This document shows, one piece after another, positions 19,122 to 28,805 of a stretch of DNA of 42,176 bases. The stretch comes from Chitinophaga pinensis (GTDB lineage Bacteria; Bacteroidota; Bacteroidia; NS11-12g; UBA9320), in the NCBI GenBank assembly GCA_945890595.1, contig CAMDCQ010000001.1:1-42176 (forward strand), read 5' to 3'. The position numbers and the translations under genes are program-made. Numbering within the stretch: the first letter of the stretch is position 1; each line of letters opens with the position of its first letter. The notes below the pieces were generated by a model that searched no databases, was not told where the DNA came from, and saw only the letters and a list, made by a program, of their open reading frames with translations.

Positions 19122-20522
19122 TTGAAAAACAAATACTCTGATCTAATAGATCAAACTTTTCACTTTCCTACGGAAGAATTTAAGACTACTGAGGAAGGAG
19201 AGCTTCTTTATAGAGACATTCCTTTGATGGATTTAGCCAAAAAATATGGCACTCCTTTCCGATTTAGTTATTTACCTAAAATTTCAGAGAATATTCAGAA
19301 AGTCAAGTTTTGGTTTGCAGACGCATTTGCAGAGCACAACTATAATGGCTCCTATAATTATTGCTATTGCACCAAAAGTTCACATTACAAATATGTGATA
19401 GAAGAAGGTCTAAAAAATGACATCCATTTGGAAACCTCTTCCGCTTTTGACCTGGATCTTATTAAAAAACTGCACAGTGAAGGTTTGCTGGGTTTAGACC
19501 GATTTATTGTTTGTAATGGTTTCAAAACGGACCTTTATATTGATAAAATCATAGAACTTATTGAGATGGGGTTTGATAATCTGCATGTAGTATTAGACAA
19601 CACACGTGAGTTTCATTTATTAAAAGGAAGAACCGAAAAGAAGATTAAATTGGGCATTCGAATAGCCGCGGAAGAAGAACCTAAATTTGAGTTTTATACC
19701 TCAAGATTGGGAATTGGCTATAGGTATATCGTTCCTTTTTACGAAGACCTAATTAAGAACGAACCAAACATGGAGCTTAAGATGCTCCACTTCTTTATTA
19801 ATACCGGCATTAGAGATACCGCTTACTACTGGAATGAGCTACGCAAATGTTTAAATGTATATGCTAAGTTAAAAGCAGTATGCGACACTATAGACTCCCT
19901 TAATATAGGAGGAGGATTCCCCATAAAAAGAAACCTGAACTTTAACTATGATTATGCCTATATGATCAAAGAAATTGTAGGACAAATCAAGCAAGAGTGC
20001 GGCGATAAAAATGTAAAAGAGCCGCATTTATTCACAGAATTTGGAAGTTATACGGTAGGCGAAAGCGGCGGTACTGTCTATAAAATATTGCACCAAAAAA
20101 GACAGAACGATAGAGAGCGATGGAATATGATAGACGGCTCATTTATGACCACTTTGCCCGATGCATGGGCCATTAGCGAGCGATTTATTTTACTGCCACT
20201 TAATAAATGGAATGAAAGCTATGAGCGCGTTCTATTAGGTGGATTAACTTGCGATAGTGATGATTACTACAATAGTGAGCAGCATGTGAATGCTATATAC
20301 CTCCCAACGGTATATGACGATGATGAAGTTCCTTTGTACATTGGATTTTTCAACACAGGAGCTTACCAAGAAAGCTTAAGCGGCCAAGGAGGAATCAAAC
20401 ATTGCCTTATCCCCAGCCCTAAAAAAATACTTTTATATAAAGATGCAGAAGGAAATATCGTAGACGAACTTTTTGCCGAAGAACAAAATGTAGAAAGTAT
20501 GATGAAGATTTTAGGGTATTAG
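19122..20522 (+). CDS. speA: Alanine-racemase-fold (type III PLP) arginine decarboxylase-like enzyme
   Basis: 466 aa. The N-terminus MKNKYSDLIDQTFHFPTEEF and the YCYCTKSS (PLP-Lys region) and GGGFP motifs resemble the short Bacteroidota arginine decarboxylase. TTG start. Confidence 0.7.
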   Translation: MKNKYSDLIDQTFHFPTEEFKTTEEGELLYRDIPLMDLAKKYGTPFRFSYLPKISENIQKVKFWFADAFAEHNYNGSYNYCYCTKSSHYKYVIEEGLKNDIHLETSSAFDLDLIKKLHSEGLLGLDRFIVCNGFKTDLYIDKIIELIEMGFDNLHVVLDNTREFHLLKGRTEKKIKLGIRIAAEEEPKFEFYTSRLGIGYRYIVPFYEDLIKNEPNMELKMLHFFINTGIRDTAYYWNELRKCLNVYAKLKAVCDTIDSLNIGGGFPIKRNLNFNYDYAYMIKEIVGQIKQECGDKNVKEPHLFTEFGSYTVGESGGTVYKILHQKRQNDRERWNMIDGSFMTTLPDAWAISERFILLPLNKWNESYERVLLGGLTCDSDDYYNSEQHVNAIYLPTVYDDDEVPLYIGFFNTGAYQESLSGQGGIKHCLIPSPKKILLYKDAEGNIVDELFAEEQNVESMMKILGY

Positions 20523-20602
20523 CTGCCCCAAAATCGATACTATGTAAACGACAGGACTTCTACAAAGCGCAAATCACAAATCAACAATTTAACAGACCAT
20601 TA

Positions 20603-21571
20603 ATGAGCAAACCAATATCCGATTTTATAGATAACTATTTTCTACACTTTAACGCAGCAGCTTTGGTAGATGCAGCTGACGAGTACAACAACCAACTTGC
20701 CAAAGGCAATAAAATGATGGTAACCATAGCTGGAGCTATGAGTACTGCAGAAATGGGAAAAATGCTGGCGGAGATGATTCGTCAAGATAAGATCCATATT
20801 ATTAGCTGCACCGGCGCAAACTTGGAAGAAGATGTGATGAATCTTGTAGCACACGACCACTATGAGCGTATTCCAAACTACAGAGATTTGACGCCGCAGC
20901 AAGAGCAAGAATTACTTGACCGACACCTAAATAGAGTAACAGACACTTGTATCCCTGAAGAAGAAGCATTTAGAAGATTACAAGGTAATATAGAGCGGTT
21001 TTGGGGTGAAGCAGAGGCTAAAGGTGAGCGGTATTTACCACATGAATATATGTACCAAATGTTATTAGACGGTTGTCTAAAAGAACATTACCAAATAGAC
21101 CCAAAAGACAGTTGGGTACTTGCTGCCGCTGAAAAGAACTTACCGATGGTAGTTCCAGGATGGGAAGATAGTACCATGGGTAATATTTTTGCGGGGAATT
21201 GTATACAGGGAAACCTAAAACCAAGTACCATGAAAAGTGGTATTGAATACATGACATTTTTAGCCGATTGGTATACTGACTTTACAAAAGACAAAGGACT
21301 TGGATTTTTCCAGATAGGTGGAGGCATTGCAGGGGATTTCCCTATATGCGTAGTGCCTATGCTAGAGCAAGACCTTGAAAGAAGTACACCGCTATGGAGC
21401 TACTTCTGCCAAATTAGCGACAGTACCACCAGCTACGGCTCTTATTCTGGTGCAGTCCCTAATGAAAAAATAACATGGGGAAAGTTAGCCGCAGATACAC
21501 CAAAATTCATCGTAGAAAGCGATGCTACCATTGTAGCTCCTCTAATGTTTGCGAAAGTATTAGGCTGGTAA
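20603..21571 (+). CDS. Deoxyhypusine synthase-family protein (bacterial DHS-like, probable polyamine aminobutyl transferase)
   Basis: 322 aa. TIAGAMSTAEMGK...ISCTGANLEED...GGGIAGDFP are DHS-fold NAD-binding signatures. Adjacent to the arginine decarboxylase gene. Confidence 0.75.
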   Translation: MSKPISDFIDNYFLHFNAAALVDAADEYNNQLAKGNKMMVTIAGAMSTAEMGKMLAEMIRQDKIHIISCTGANLEEDVMNLVAHDHYERIPNYRDLTPQQEQELLDRHLNRVTDTCIPEEEAFRRLQGNIERFWGEAEAKGERYLPHEYMYQMLLDGCLKEHYQIDPKDSWVLAAAEKNLPMVVPGWEDSTMGNIFAGNCIQGNLKPSTMKSGIEYMTFLADWYTDFTKDKGLGFFQIGGGIAGDFPICVVPMLEQDLERSTPLWSYFCQISDSTTSYGSYSGAVPNEKITWGKLAADTPKFIVESDATIVAPLMFAKVLGW

Positions 21572-21677
21572 CATTAAACATTCTAATGACTAGCCAAGGT
21601 TAGTGGCAATTTACAATGCTGGTTTATTATCGCATTAATAAAAATCAATCCCTAAATTTGAACTTTAAAAAGATAAA

Positions 21678-22904
21678 ATGAACACTTGGATACACATACC
21701 TGAAAACTCTGATTTTAGCATACATAATCTTCCTTACGGTATGTTTATGCGTGACAACATACCTAGACCTGGGGTTGCCATAGGCGATAGTATAATTGAT
21801 TTACACGCCTGTTGCAAGCTTGGACTGTTTGCAGAATTAGGTTTTGATACCAGTGTTTTTGAGTCTATAGTTCTCAACGAATTTATAGACTGCGGGAAAG
21901 ACGTATGGAGTAGTTTACGCGAGTATCTTACTAAACAGTTGGTTACCGAGGGTTTGTTATTTGAGTTTAGAGAAAAAGCAATTGTTTCTCGTTTAGGAAC
22001 GCAAATGTGCATGCCCATAAAAATCGGAGATTATACCGATTTTTACAGTAGCATAGAACATGCTACTAATTTAGGTAAGCTTTTTAGACCGGATAGCGAG
22101 CCTCTGCTTCCCAATTGGAGACACATTCCTGTAGGCTATCATGGCAGAGCAAGTAGTATTGTAATAAGTGGTACTCCTATTACAAGACCAAGCGGCCAAA
22201 GCAAAGCTCCTACTGCAGATGTGCCGTCTTTCGGAAAAAGTAAACGCTTAGATATTGAACTTGAAATGGCTTATATTATTGGCAAATCAACTCAATTAGG
22301 AAAACCTATTAGGTTAGAAAATGCCGAAGACCATATCTTTGGGAAGGTGATTTTTAACGATTGGAGCGCTAGAGACATACAAGCATGGGAGTATGTTCCT
22401 CTTGGACCATTCTTAGGTAAAAACTTCGGATCTACTATTTCGCCATGGATTGTTACGATGGAGGCATTAGAGCCATTTAGATGTGAGAGTATAAAGCAAG
22501 AACCTGCTGTACTTCCTTATTTACAGTTTATAGGCAACAAGAATTTTGATATTAATCTTGAAGTAGCTATCGCTCCCGAAGGAGGTGAGGAAACGGTAAT
22601 TAGCGAGAGTAACTTTAAGTATATGTATTGGAATATGGCTCAACAGCTTGCTCACCATACCGTAAACGGTTGCAACGTAAATGTTGGAGATTTAATGGCT
22701 AGTGGAACCATTTCAGGCCGCGACCAAAACAGTTACGGAAGTATGATCGAGATTAGCCAAGGAGGCAAAGAACCAATGCAACTAAAAAATGGGGAAACCC
22801 GAACGTTTTTAGAAGATGGCGATACTATTACCATAAGAGCATTCTGCGAAAAGGACGGTAAACGTGTAGGATTTGGCGAATGTATAGGCACTATTTTGCC
22901 CTAG
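21678..22904 (+). CDS. fahA: Fumarylacetoacetase
   Basis: N-terminal domain (IPENSDFSIHNLPYGMF) plus the FAH catalytic domain (DYTDFYSS, HIFGKVIFNDWSARDIQAWEY.PLGPF). Confidence 0.9.
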   Translation: MNTWIHIPENSDFSIHNLPYGMFMRDNIPRPGVAIGDSIIDLHACCKLGLFAELGFDTSVFESIVLNEFIDCGKDVWSSLREYLTKQLVTEGLLFEFREKAIVSRLGTQMCMPIKIGDYTDFYSSIEHATNLGKLFRPDSEPLLPNWRHIPVGYHGRASSIVISGTPITRPSGQSKAPTADVPSFGKSKRLDIELEMAYIIGKSTQLGKPIRLENAEDHIFGKVIFNDWSARDIQAWEYVPLGPFLGKNFGSTISPWIVTMEALEPFRCESIKQEPAVLPYLQFIGNKNFDINLEVAIAPEGGEETVISESNFKYMYWNMAQQLAHHTVNGCNVNVGDLMASGTISGRDQNSYGSMIEISQGGKEPMQLKNGETRTFLEDGDTITIRAFCEKDGKRVGFGECIGTILP

Positions 22905-22919
22905 TGTAATCGATAACAA

Positions 22920-25403
22920 TTAATCTACAACCTCATCTTCATCTGTTTCATCCACTTCAGTAAAATCAATGTGGATTTTATCAATATTGGCACTATCCAT
23001 AGGGTTATCCAGTGAGTCTAAAAAGTCAACTTTAGGTTTGTACGCATAGCAACTTAAATTCACATCATACACTTCTGGCTTCTCAAATTTGCCTCTAGTT
23101 ACTCCTGATTTAGAATCATTTAAGGCTAATTCAAGATACCTAGCGACTAGTGGAAGTCCTGTCTTTGATCCTTGTCCATTAGCTCCTTGAAAATGAATTC
23201 GCATATCTCTACCGCCAACCCAAGCACCTGTCACTAAATCATGCATTACGCATATGAACCACCCGTCTGCATAATCATTTGAAGTTCCTGTTTTTCCCCC
23301 TATCTCATTATCTGCACAAATACCGTAGCGATATAAACCGCGAGATGTTCCACCTGCTTCCTCCACTCCGCCTCTTAAAAAATAAGTCATAGTGTATGCA
23401 TTGGTGTCTGAAAGTACCCTTACTTCGTTTTTATCTTCTCTATAGTCTTCAAGCATATTGCCCTCACTATCCTCAATCGTATTTATCCAACGTGTTTTTT
23501 TTAATTTTCCATCATTAACAAATACTCCATATGCTTGAACCATCTCGAACAGTGAGACGTCTGCTGTCCCAAGCGAAATACTTAAATCGTCTACGAGTTT
23601 ACCGCTTATTCCCATTTGATTAGCTAATTTAATAACCCGACGAGGGCCAACCTTATCTGTTAGTTGCACTGCAACCGTATTGATAGACTGTGCTAATGCT
23701 ACTCTTAGCCTAACCGGGCCATACGTAAATCTTCTATTCGAATTTTTAGGTTCCCAAATTTCTGGTTCACCGTCAATTATAGTTTCATATTTTAATGGGA
23801 TATCATCTACCGTTGAACAGGCCTCCATCCCACTTTCCAGTGCGGCAGCGTAAACAATAGGCTTAAAGCTAGAACCTGGTTGTCTGCGAGATTGCCATAC
23901 ATGATCGTATTTAAAAAAATCCCAATTAGAACCACCTACCCAAGCTATAACCTCTCCCGTTTTTGGTTTTATAGACACTAAGCCACAATGCATTTGCTGC
24001 ATTTCAGACTTAATAGAATCTATAGGAGTCATGGTTTTATTCACCTTTTTACCGCCTACAAATATCTCGATATTAGTGCTTTGTTTCATAGAGGCCATGG
24101 CTTCGATCTCTGAAGCACCGTCTGCTATTGCCGTCTTGTAGCGTACAGAGTTTTTTGCATGTCGTATAAGCTCCTTCTCCAATGCACAAAGTTGACCCTC
24201 TTTAAGTTCCTTACGCTGTTTTGCAATCTCAACATCAAACCAATATTTACCTCCCAAGCTAGCGTTAAAGTTACCTTGTATTTGGTACATATTTTCAGCT
24301 ACCGATCTCTCGGCATATTTCTGAGCTTTACTGTTTATCGTAGTTGTTATTTTTAGCCCGTCACGGTATAAGTTAATATCGTTTTCATCACACCATGATT
24401 TCAATTCCTTGGCAAGCGTCATTCTGAAATAAGGCGCCAGCCCGTCATCTTTTACTATTTCTGTAATGTTAAGACGAAGAGGTTTAGAATACAACACTTC
24501 TGTGCTTGAGGTATCTAGAAAACCGTATTTATTCATCTGCGAAAGGACTACATTTCTACGTTCTTTTGCTCTGTCTGGATGATTTTTAGGATTATAATAG
24601 CTGGTCCCTTTTAGTATCCCCACCAACAACGCAGATTCTTCGATACTCAAATTTTTCGGTTCTTTGGAAAAATAATACTCTGCTGCACTTTTTATTCCGT
24701 AAGCGTTATTTCCGTAACTTACCGTATTAAAGTAGAACGTAAGTATCTCCTGCTTCGTAAAGAAAAACTCTAGCTTAAAAGCGGTACTCCATTCCTTTAT
24801 TTTGGCAATAATTGTTCGAACCCCTGGTATAAATCCTAAAATACCCCCTTTTCGATGGCCTCTTGTGTTGTATAAATTTTTAGCGAGTTGATTGGTGATT
24901 GTACTTCCACCTCGTTTAGAACCTGATACGGTAGAAGCAGCGGCTGATAGTACGCCATATATATCTAATCCGTGGTGCAAATAGAATCTAACATCTTCAG
25001 TAGCAACCAAAGCATTAACGGTATTACTATCTATTTCCTCGAAAGTCACAGGAGTCCGTTTTTCAACATAATAGGTCCCCATTAAAACGCCATCCGCCGT
25101 GTAAACCTCAGAGACAAGAGGCATTGGAGGATTGCGCACATCGTTTATACTTGGCATTTTCCCGTACAGCCAAAGAAAATTAACCTCCAAACTGATTAGA
25201 AAAAAGAAAACACAGAGGAAAATAGTATATCCAAGACTAAGCATTTTTTTCCAAGTACTTAATCCTTTGAAATCTTGATAATTAAAAAGCGAAAATGACC
25301 ACAACTTACGCCAGTAAGTTACAGTTTTAGTTAAGCCCTGCTTGAGCCAAGATGGTGATTTTTCAAACCACATGCTTATCCGTTCTTTCGATTTCAACTT
25401 CAA
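22920..25403 (-). CDS. Class A penicillin-binding protein (glycosyltransferase GT51 + transpeptidase), PBP1A-type
   Basis: GT51 motifs ATEDVRFYLHHG and GGSTITNQLAKN. Transpeptidase motifs SSFKP (SxxK) and KTGTSND (KTG). Tracked start is TTG 25403; ATG at 25373 (MWFEKSPSW...) is an alternative. Acidic C-terminal tail. Confidence 0.9.
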   Translation of the reverse strand: MKLKSKERISMWFEKSPSWLKQGLTKTVTYWRKLWSFSLFNYQDFKGLSTWKKMLSLGYTIFLCVFFFLISLEVNFLWLYGKMPSINDVRNPPMPLVSEVYTADGVLMGTYYVEKRTPVTFEEIDSNTVNALVATEDVRFYLHHGLDIYGVLSAAASTVSGSKRGGSTITNQLAKNLYNTRGHRKGGILGFIPGVRTIIAKIKEWSTAFKLEFFFTKQEILTFYFNTVSYGNNAYGIKSAAEYYFSKEPKNLSIEESALLVGILKGTSYYNPKNHPDRAKERRNVVLSQMNKYGFLDTSSTEVLYSKPLRLNITEIVKDDGLAPYFRMTLAKELKSWCDENDINLYRDGLKITTTINSKAQKYAERSVAENMYQIQGNFNASLGGKYWFDVEIAKQRKELKEGQLCALEKELIRHAKNSVRYKTAIADGASEIEAMASMKQSTNIEIFVGGKKVNKTMTPIDSIKSEMQQMHCGLVSIKPKTGEVIAWVGGSNWDFFKYDHVWQSRRQPGSSFKPIVYAAALESGMEACSTVDDIPLKYETIIDGEPEIWEPKNSNRRFTYGPVRLRVALAQSINTVAVQLTDKVGPRRVIKLANQMGISGKLVDDLSISLGTADVSLFEMVQAYGVFVNDGKLKKTRWINTIEDSEGNMLEDYREDKNEVRVLSDTNAYTMTYFLRGGVEEAGGTSRGLYRYGICADNEIGGKTGTSNDYADGWFICVMHDLVTGAWVGGRDMRIHFQGANGQGSKTGLPLVARYLELALNDSKSGVTRGKFEKPEVYDVNLSCYAYKPKVDFLDSLDNPMDSANIDKIHIDFTEVDETDEDEVVD

Positions 25404-25552
25404 GAAAAATTAGTTGGTAAATGTACGTAAACGAGTACAAATTAATTCATACAGAAATAAAAATGAATAGTTTGAAAATCAATCAATTGCACCTTTTATT
25501 GATAACTAATTAGCGTATAAATCCTGTATGATAAGATATAAAAAATATAGAA

Positions 25553-25855
25553 CTACACATTTTTACTCTTACGTGGTCGTAGGATCCTATCCTTCTTTTC
25601 CGGTTCTTGTCCTGGCTTAGGTCTTGCTTCTTGCACAGATAGTGGTCTATCGTTAATTTTTCGCTTGTCCATTTTCAAAATGGCTTTTTGTCCTTGATAG
25701 TTGGTTGACATCATTACAAAACCGAAACCCTTTGGTTTTTGATCTGTCATTTCTTTTAAAATTTTAACCGATTTAACCTCCCCAAATTCGGAGAATAGTT
25801 CTTGTAATTCTTCTTCGGTTATTTTAAAGTCAATGTTAGAAACAAATAAATTCAT
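25553..25855 (-). CDS. RRM-domain RNA-binding protein
   Basis: RNP-2 (LFVSNI) and RNP-1 (KGFGFVMM) motifs in a 100-aa protein with a basic C-terminal tail. Confidence 0.85.
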   Translation of the reverse strand: MNLFVSNIDFKITEEELQELFSEFGEVKSVKILKEMTDQKPKGFGFVMMSTNYQGQKAILKMDKRKINDRPLSVQEARPKPGQEPEKKDRILRPRKSKNV

Positions 25856-25985
25856 CTGGAAATACTAAATGTGGAATATGGTGGATTTGATTGTGAGATT
25901 ATGCCGGCTGCTTATAGAAATGCAAAAGTATTAATTCTTAAACAATCTAGCATAAACTAAGGATTCTTATTTTTGCTCTACTTAA

Positions 25986-27428
25986 ATGAAGAAAATAGCC
26001 AATTATATAAACGGTGAATTAAGGGCTCCTGCCAGCAATCAATACATTGACAATTACAATCCTGCGACGGGTAGCGTATATTCCCTTATACCCAATTCTG
26101 GAGAGGAAGATGTTCAATTCGCTATAAAAAGTGCCCGTGAAGCATTCGAGAGCTGGTCTTCATTATCCAACGCAAATAGAGCACACTGGTTAGATAAAAT
26201 CGCTAATGCTATCGAATCTCGGATGGATGAACTTGCGCTGGCAGAAAGCATAGACAATGGCAAGCCCCTCTCTCTGGCAAAATCAGTAGACATACCCAGA
26301 GCACGTGATAATTTTAAATTTTATGCCACTGCTATCATGCATTATGCCTCAGAAAGTCATCGTACCGGAGACGGTATTATCAATTATACATTGCGCAAGC
26401 CTGTAGGTGTGGCGGCTTGTATTTCTCCGTGGAATCTCCCACTATATTTATTCTCCTGGAAAATAGCGCCTGCGTTAGCTGCTGGAAATACAGTAGTTGC
26501 GAAACCTTCAGAAATCACGCCCATGACGGCCTATTTACTTTCCGAAATTTGTGTAGAGATTGGACTTCCACCGGGTGTTTTAAATATCGTGCACGGTTTA
26601 GGTGCTACAACCGGAAACGCTATCATTTCCAGCAATGAAATTGACCTAGTTTCTTTTACTGGAGGAACATCAACTGGGGCTCATATTGCCAAAATTGTAG
26701 CACCAAAATTCAAAAAAATGAGCCTTGAATTAGGAGGCAAAAATCCTAATATCATTTTTGATGATTGTGATTTTGAGAAAGCCTTAAAAACCACGATACA
26801 CAGTTCATTTGAAAATCAAGGACAAATATGTCTTTGCGGATCACGAATTTTAGTACAGCGGGGCATTTATGAAAAGTTTAAAAATGCATTTGTAGAGCAA
26901 GTTGGTAATATGAGAATAGGGAACCCGTTGAGTGAGGATAGCCAGCTAGGAGCCATAGTGAGTAAGCCACATTTTGACAAAATATTAAGTTACATTGAAA
27001 TAGCTAAGTCTGAAGGGGGAAAAATATTAACTGGAGGTGTACCCATTTCTTTGTCAGAAGACAATAAAGACGGTTGGTTTATCGCCCCTACGATTATCGA
27101 AGGGTTAGATCAACAATGCAGAACTAATCAAGAAGAAATTTTTGGACCTGTGGTTACCATCCAACCTTTTGACACCATTGAGGAAGCTTTAGAACTGGCT
27201 AATGCAACAGAATATGGTCTTGCCGCAACCATTTGGACCTCCAACCTAAGTACGGCTCATCATGTAGCAGATAAAATAAAGAGCGGGATTGTATGGGTAA
27301 ATTGCTGGTTACTTAGAGACTTACGCACGCCCTTTGGAGGTATGAAAAATAGTGGTGTTGGTAGAGAAGGTGGCTGGGAAGCCTTAAATTTCTTTACAGA
27401 ACCAAAGAATGTATGTATCAAATTCTAA
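25986..27428 (+). CDS. NAD(P)-dependent aldehyde dehydrogenase
   Basis: 480 aa with ALDH glutamate motif (LELGGKNP) and catalytic Cys region (FENQGQICLCGSR). Substrate not inferable. Confidence 0.9.
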   Translation: MKKIANYINGELRAPASNQYIDNYNPATGSVYSLIPNSGEEDVQFAIKSAREAFESWSSLSNANRAHWLDKIANAIESRMDELALAESIDNGKPLSLAKSVDIPRARDNFKFYATAIMHYASESHRTGDGIINYTLRKPVGVAACISPWNLPLYLFSWKIAPALAAGNTVVAKPSEITPMTAYLLSEICVEIGLPPGVLNIVHGLGATTGNAIISSNEIDLVSFTGGTSTGAHIAKIVAPKFKKMSLELGGKNPNIIFDDCDFEKALKTTIHSSFENQGQICLCGSRILVQRGIYEKFKNAFVEQVGNMRIGNPLSEDSQLGAIVSKPHFDKILSYIEIAKSEGGKILTGGVPISLSEDNKDGWFIAPTIIEGLDQQCRTNQEEIFGPVVTIQPFDTIEEALELANATEYGLAATIWTSNLSTAHHVADKIKSGIVWVNCWLLRDLRTPFGGMKNSGVGREGGWEALNFFTEPKNVCIKF

Positions 27429-27466
27429 CGTACTCAGTGTAATTATCATAGTAGTACGCTATGTAT

Positions 27467-27505
27467 AAAAAGAGGGGCTTTGCATATGCAAAGCCCCTCT
27501 TTTTG
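27467..27505. terminator. Bidirectional intrinsic terminator between the convergent aldehyde dehydrogenase gene and the SusCD operon
   Basis: Perfect 30-nt palindrome AGAGGGGCTTTGCATATGCAAAGCCCCTCT (27471..27500), flanked by AAAA upstream and TTTT downstream. Confidence 0.8.
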
Positions 27506-27522
27506 TTAGGAGTATAAAGAAT

Positions 27523-27546
27523 GGAGCAGTTCATTACAACTGCTCC
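27523..27546 (-). terminator. Possible first terminator hairpin of the SusCD operon
   Basis: GGAGCAGT-8 nt-ACTGCTCC, 10 nt downstream of the stop at 27557. On the minus strand it is followed by the only moderately U-rich AUUCUUUAUACU. Confidence 0.4.
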
Positions 27547-27556
27547 AAATTTTATA

Positions 27557-28048
27557 TTAGTATTCGTCTTCTATGAAGCCTGTGCGTCTATGGCCAGATA
27601 CAACGTACTCTGCGCCTGGAGCGTCATCTGCAAAACCAACAACCATGTAGATACTATCTGTTACTACACCTGTTTTTGATCTTCCGGCACCAGGAATAAC
27701 CATACCATTTTTCACAATCATTTTGATATCATAACCGTCTACTAAACTAGTTGTGCTATCTGTTGATCCAAATGATAAACCTGCAGGATTTGCAGGAGTT
27801 TTAGCTTTAAAACTCCAAAAATGATCCTCATCGGTCACTATGATTTCCTTACCATCGGCCGCAGCGGTAGTGTAAGTAAGTAAGGTGGTGTGACCAACAC
27901 CATAGATGTCTTCGCCATCTACTGTGTACTCGACATACCATCTACCCGCTAATTCACTACCAGGTATTGTTTCCTTTACGTATTCTTTTTGACATGCAGA
28001 CAACCCTAGTGCTACAAAAGCCAAAATCATTAATTTATTTAATTTCAT
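27557..28048 (-). CDS. Small outer-membrane lipoprotein, BT_2261-like (so-called lipid-binding putative hydrolase family)
   Basis: Lipoprotein signal MKLNKLMILAFVALGLSAC. 163 aa. GRWYVEY...FWSFKAK...SGHRRTGF resembles that family as I recall it. It is the last gene of the SusC/SusD operon. Confidence 0.45.
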   Translation of the reverse strand: MKLNKLMILAFVALGLSACQKEYVKETIPGSELAGRWYVEYTVDGEDIYGVGHTTLLTYTTAAADGKEIIVTDEDHFWSFKAKTPANPAGLSFGSTDSTTSLVDGYDIKMIVKNGMVIPGAGRSKTGVVTDSIYMVVGFADDAPGAEYVVSGHRRTGFIEDEY

Positions 28049-28061
28049 GTTGTACTATTTG

Positions 28062-28787
28062 TTAAGGTTGAACTTGTTTTAACTCTACTTCGAACGTGAA
28101 TCCCGCATCCCAGTCTGTTGAGAATGATATTGTTTTGTTAGCCGCATCAACTGACATGGAAGTCATTTCACACACTCCTCCAAAAGTCCCAACTGAGAAG
28201 GAAGGCAACACAAAGTCATTTCCCGCAATACTATTCGCAGTGATAACTGCTCCTGAAGCGATATACTTGGTTCCGTAAGCTCTTCCTGTTTCATAATAAG
28301 ACCCAATACCACAAGATAACTCATAAGTACCGTCTGCATTTTTCCAAATCAGTACATGTTTCATCTCTTTATATTGAGCACCTGCATTACCATTACGAAC
28401 TACCGTAGCATTGTATAAGCCTTCGATGCTATTCACTAAATCGCCTGTTTTATACACCCATAATGTTCTTGATTTTACGCCATCAAATCCATCTTGATTA
28501 GTAGAAGTATACGTCAATACATACTTATCAGGGGTATTTAAATCTAGTGATCCACCTCTATAACTACCCACTCCAGTAGTCACTACAGGAATCGATTTAC
28601 CGTTTTCTGTTGCGGTAACTCCTGGATCTGTAAATGATGCTCCTGCTTCTAAATAGACAGTTGTAGGACCTGCCACTTCCATTAAGGGATAATTTGTTAC
28701 TTTCGACAATCCCCCTGTTGTCTCTTTCTCACATCCCGTGAATGCAAAAAGAGCAATTCCTGCTATTAATAAAATATTATTTTTCAT
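28062..28787 (-). CDS. Outer-membrane lipoprotein with N-terminal Ig-like (DUF5011-type) domain, BT_2262-family-like
   Basis: Lipoprotein signal MKNNILLIAGIALFAFTGC. The segment GPTTVYLEAGASFTDPGVTATENG is typical of the DUF5011 Ig-like domain. It lies directly downstream of susD. Confidence 0.45.
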   Translation of the reverse strand: MKNNILLIAGIALFAFTGCEKETTGGLSKVTNYPLMEVAGPTTVYLEAGASFTDPGVTATENGKSIPVVTTGVGSYRGGSLDLNTPDKYVLTYTSTNQDGFDGVKSRTLWVYKTGDLVNSIEGLYNATVVRNGNAGAQYKEMKHVLIWKNADGTYELSCGIGSYYETGRAYGTKYIASGAVITANSIAGNDFVLPSFSVGTFGGVCEMTSMSVDAANKTISFSTDWDAGFTFEVELKQVQP

Positions 28788-28805
28788 GGTATTTTTTAAT
28801 TTTAA

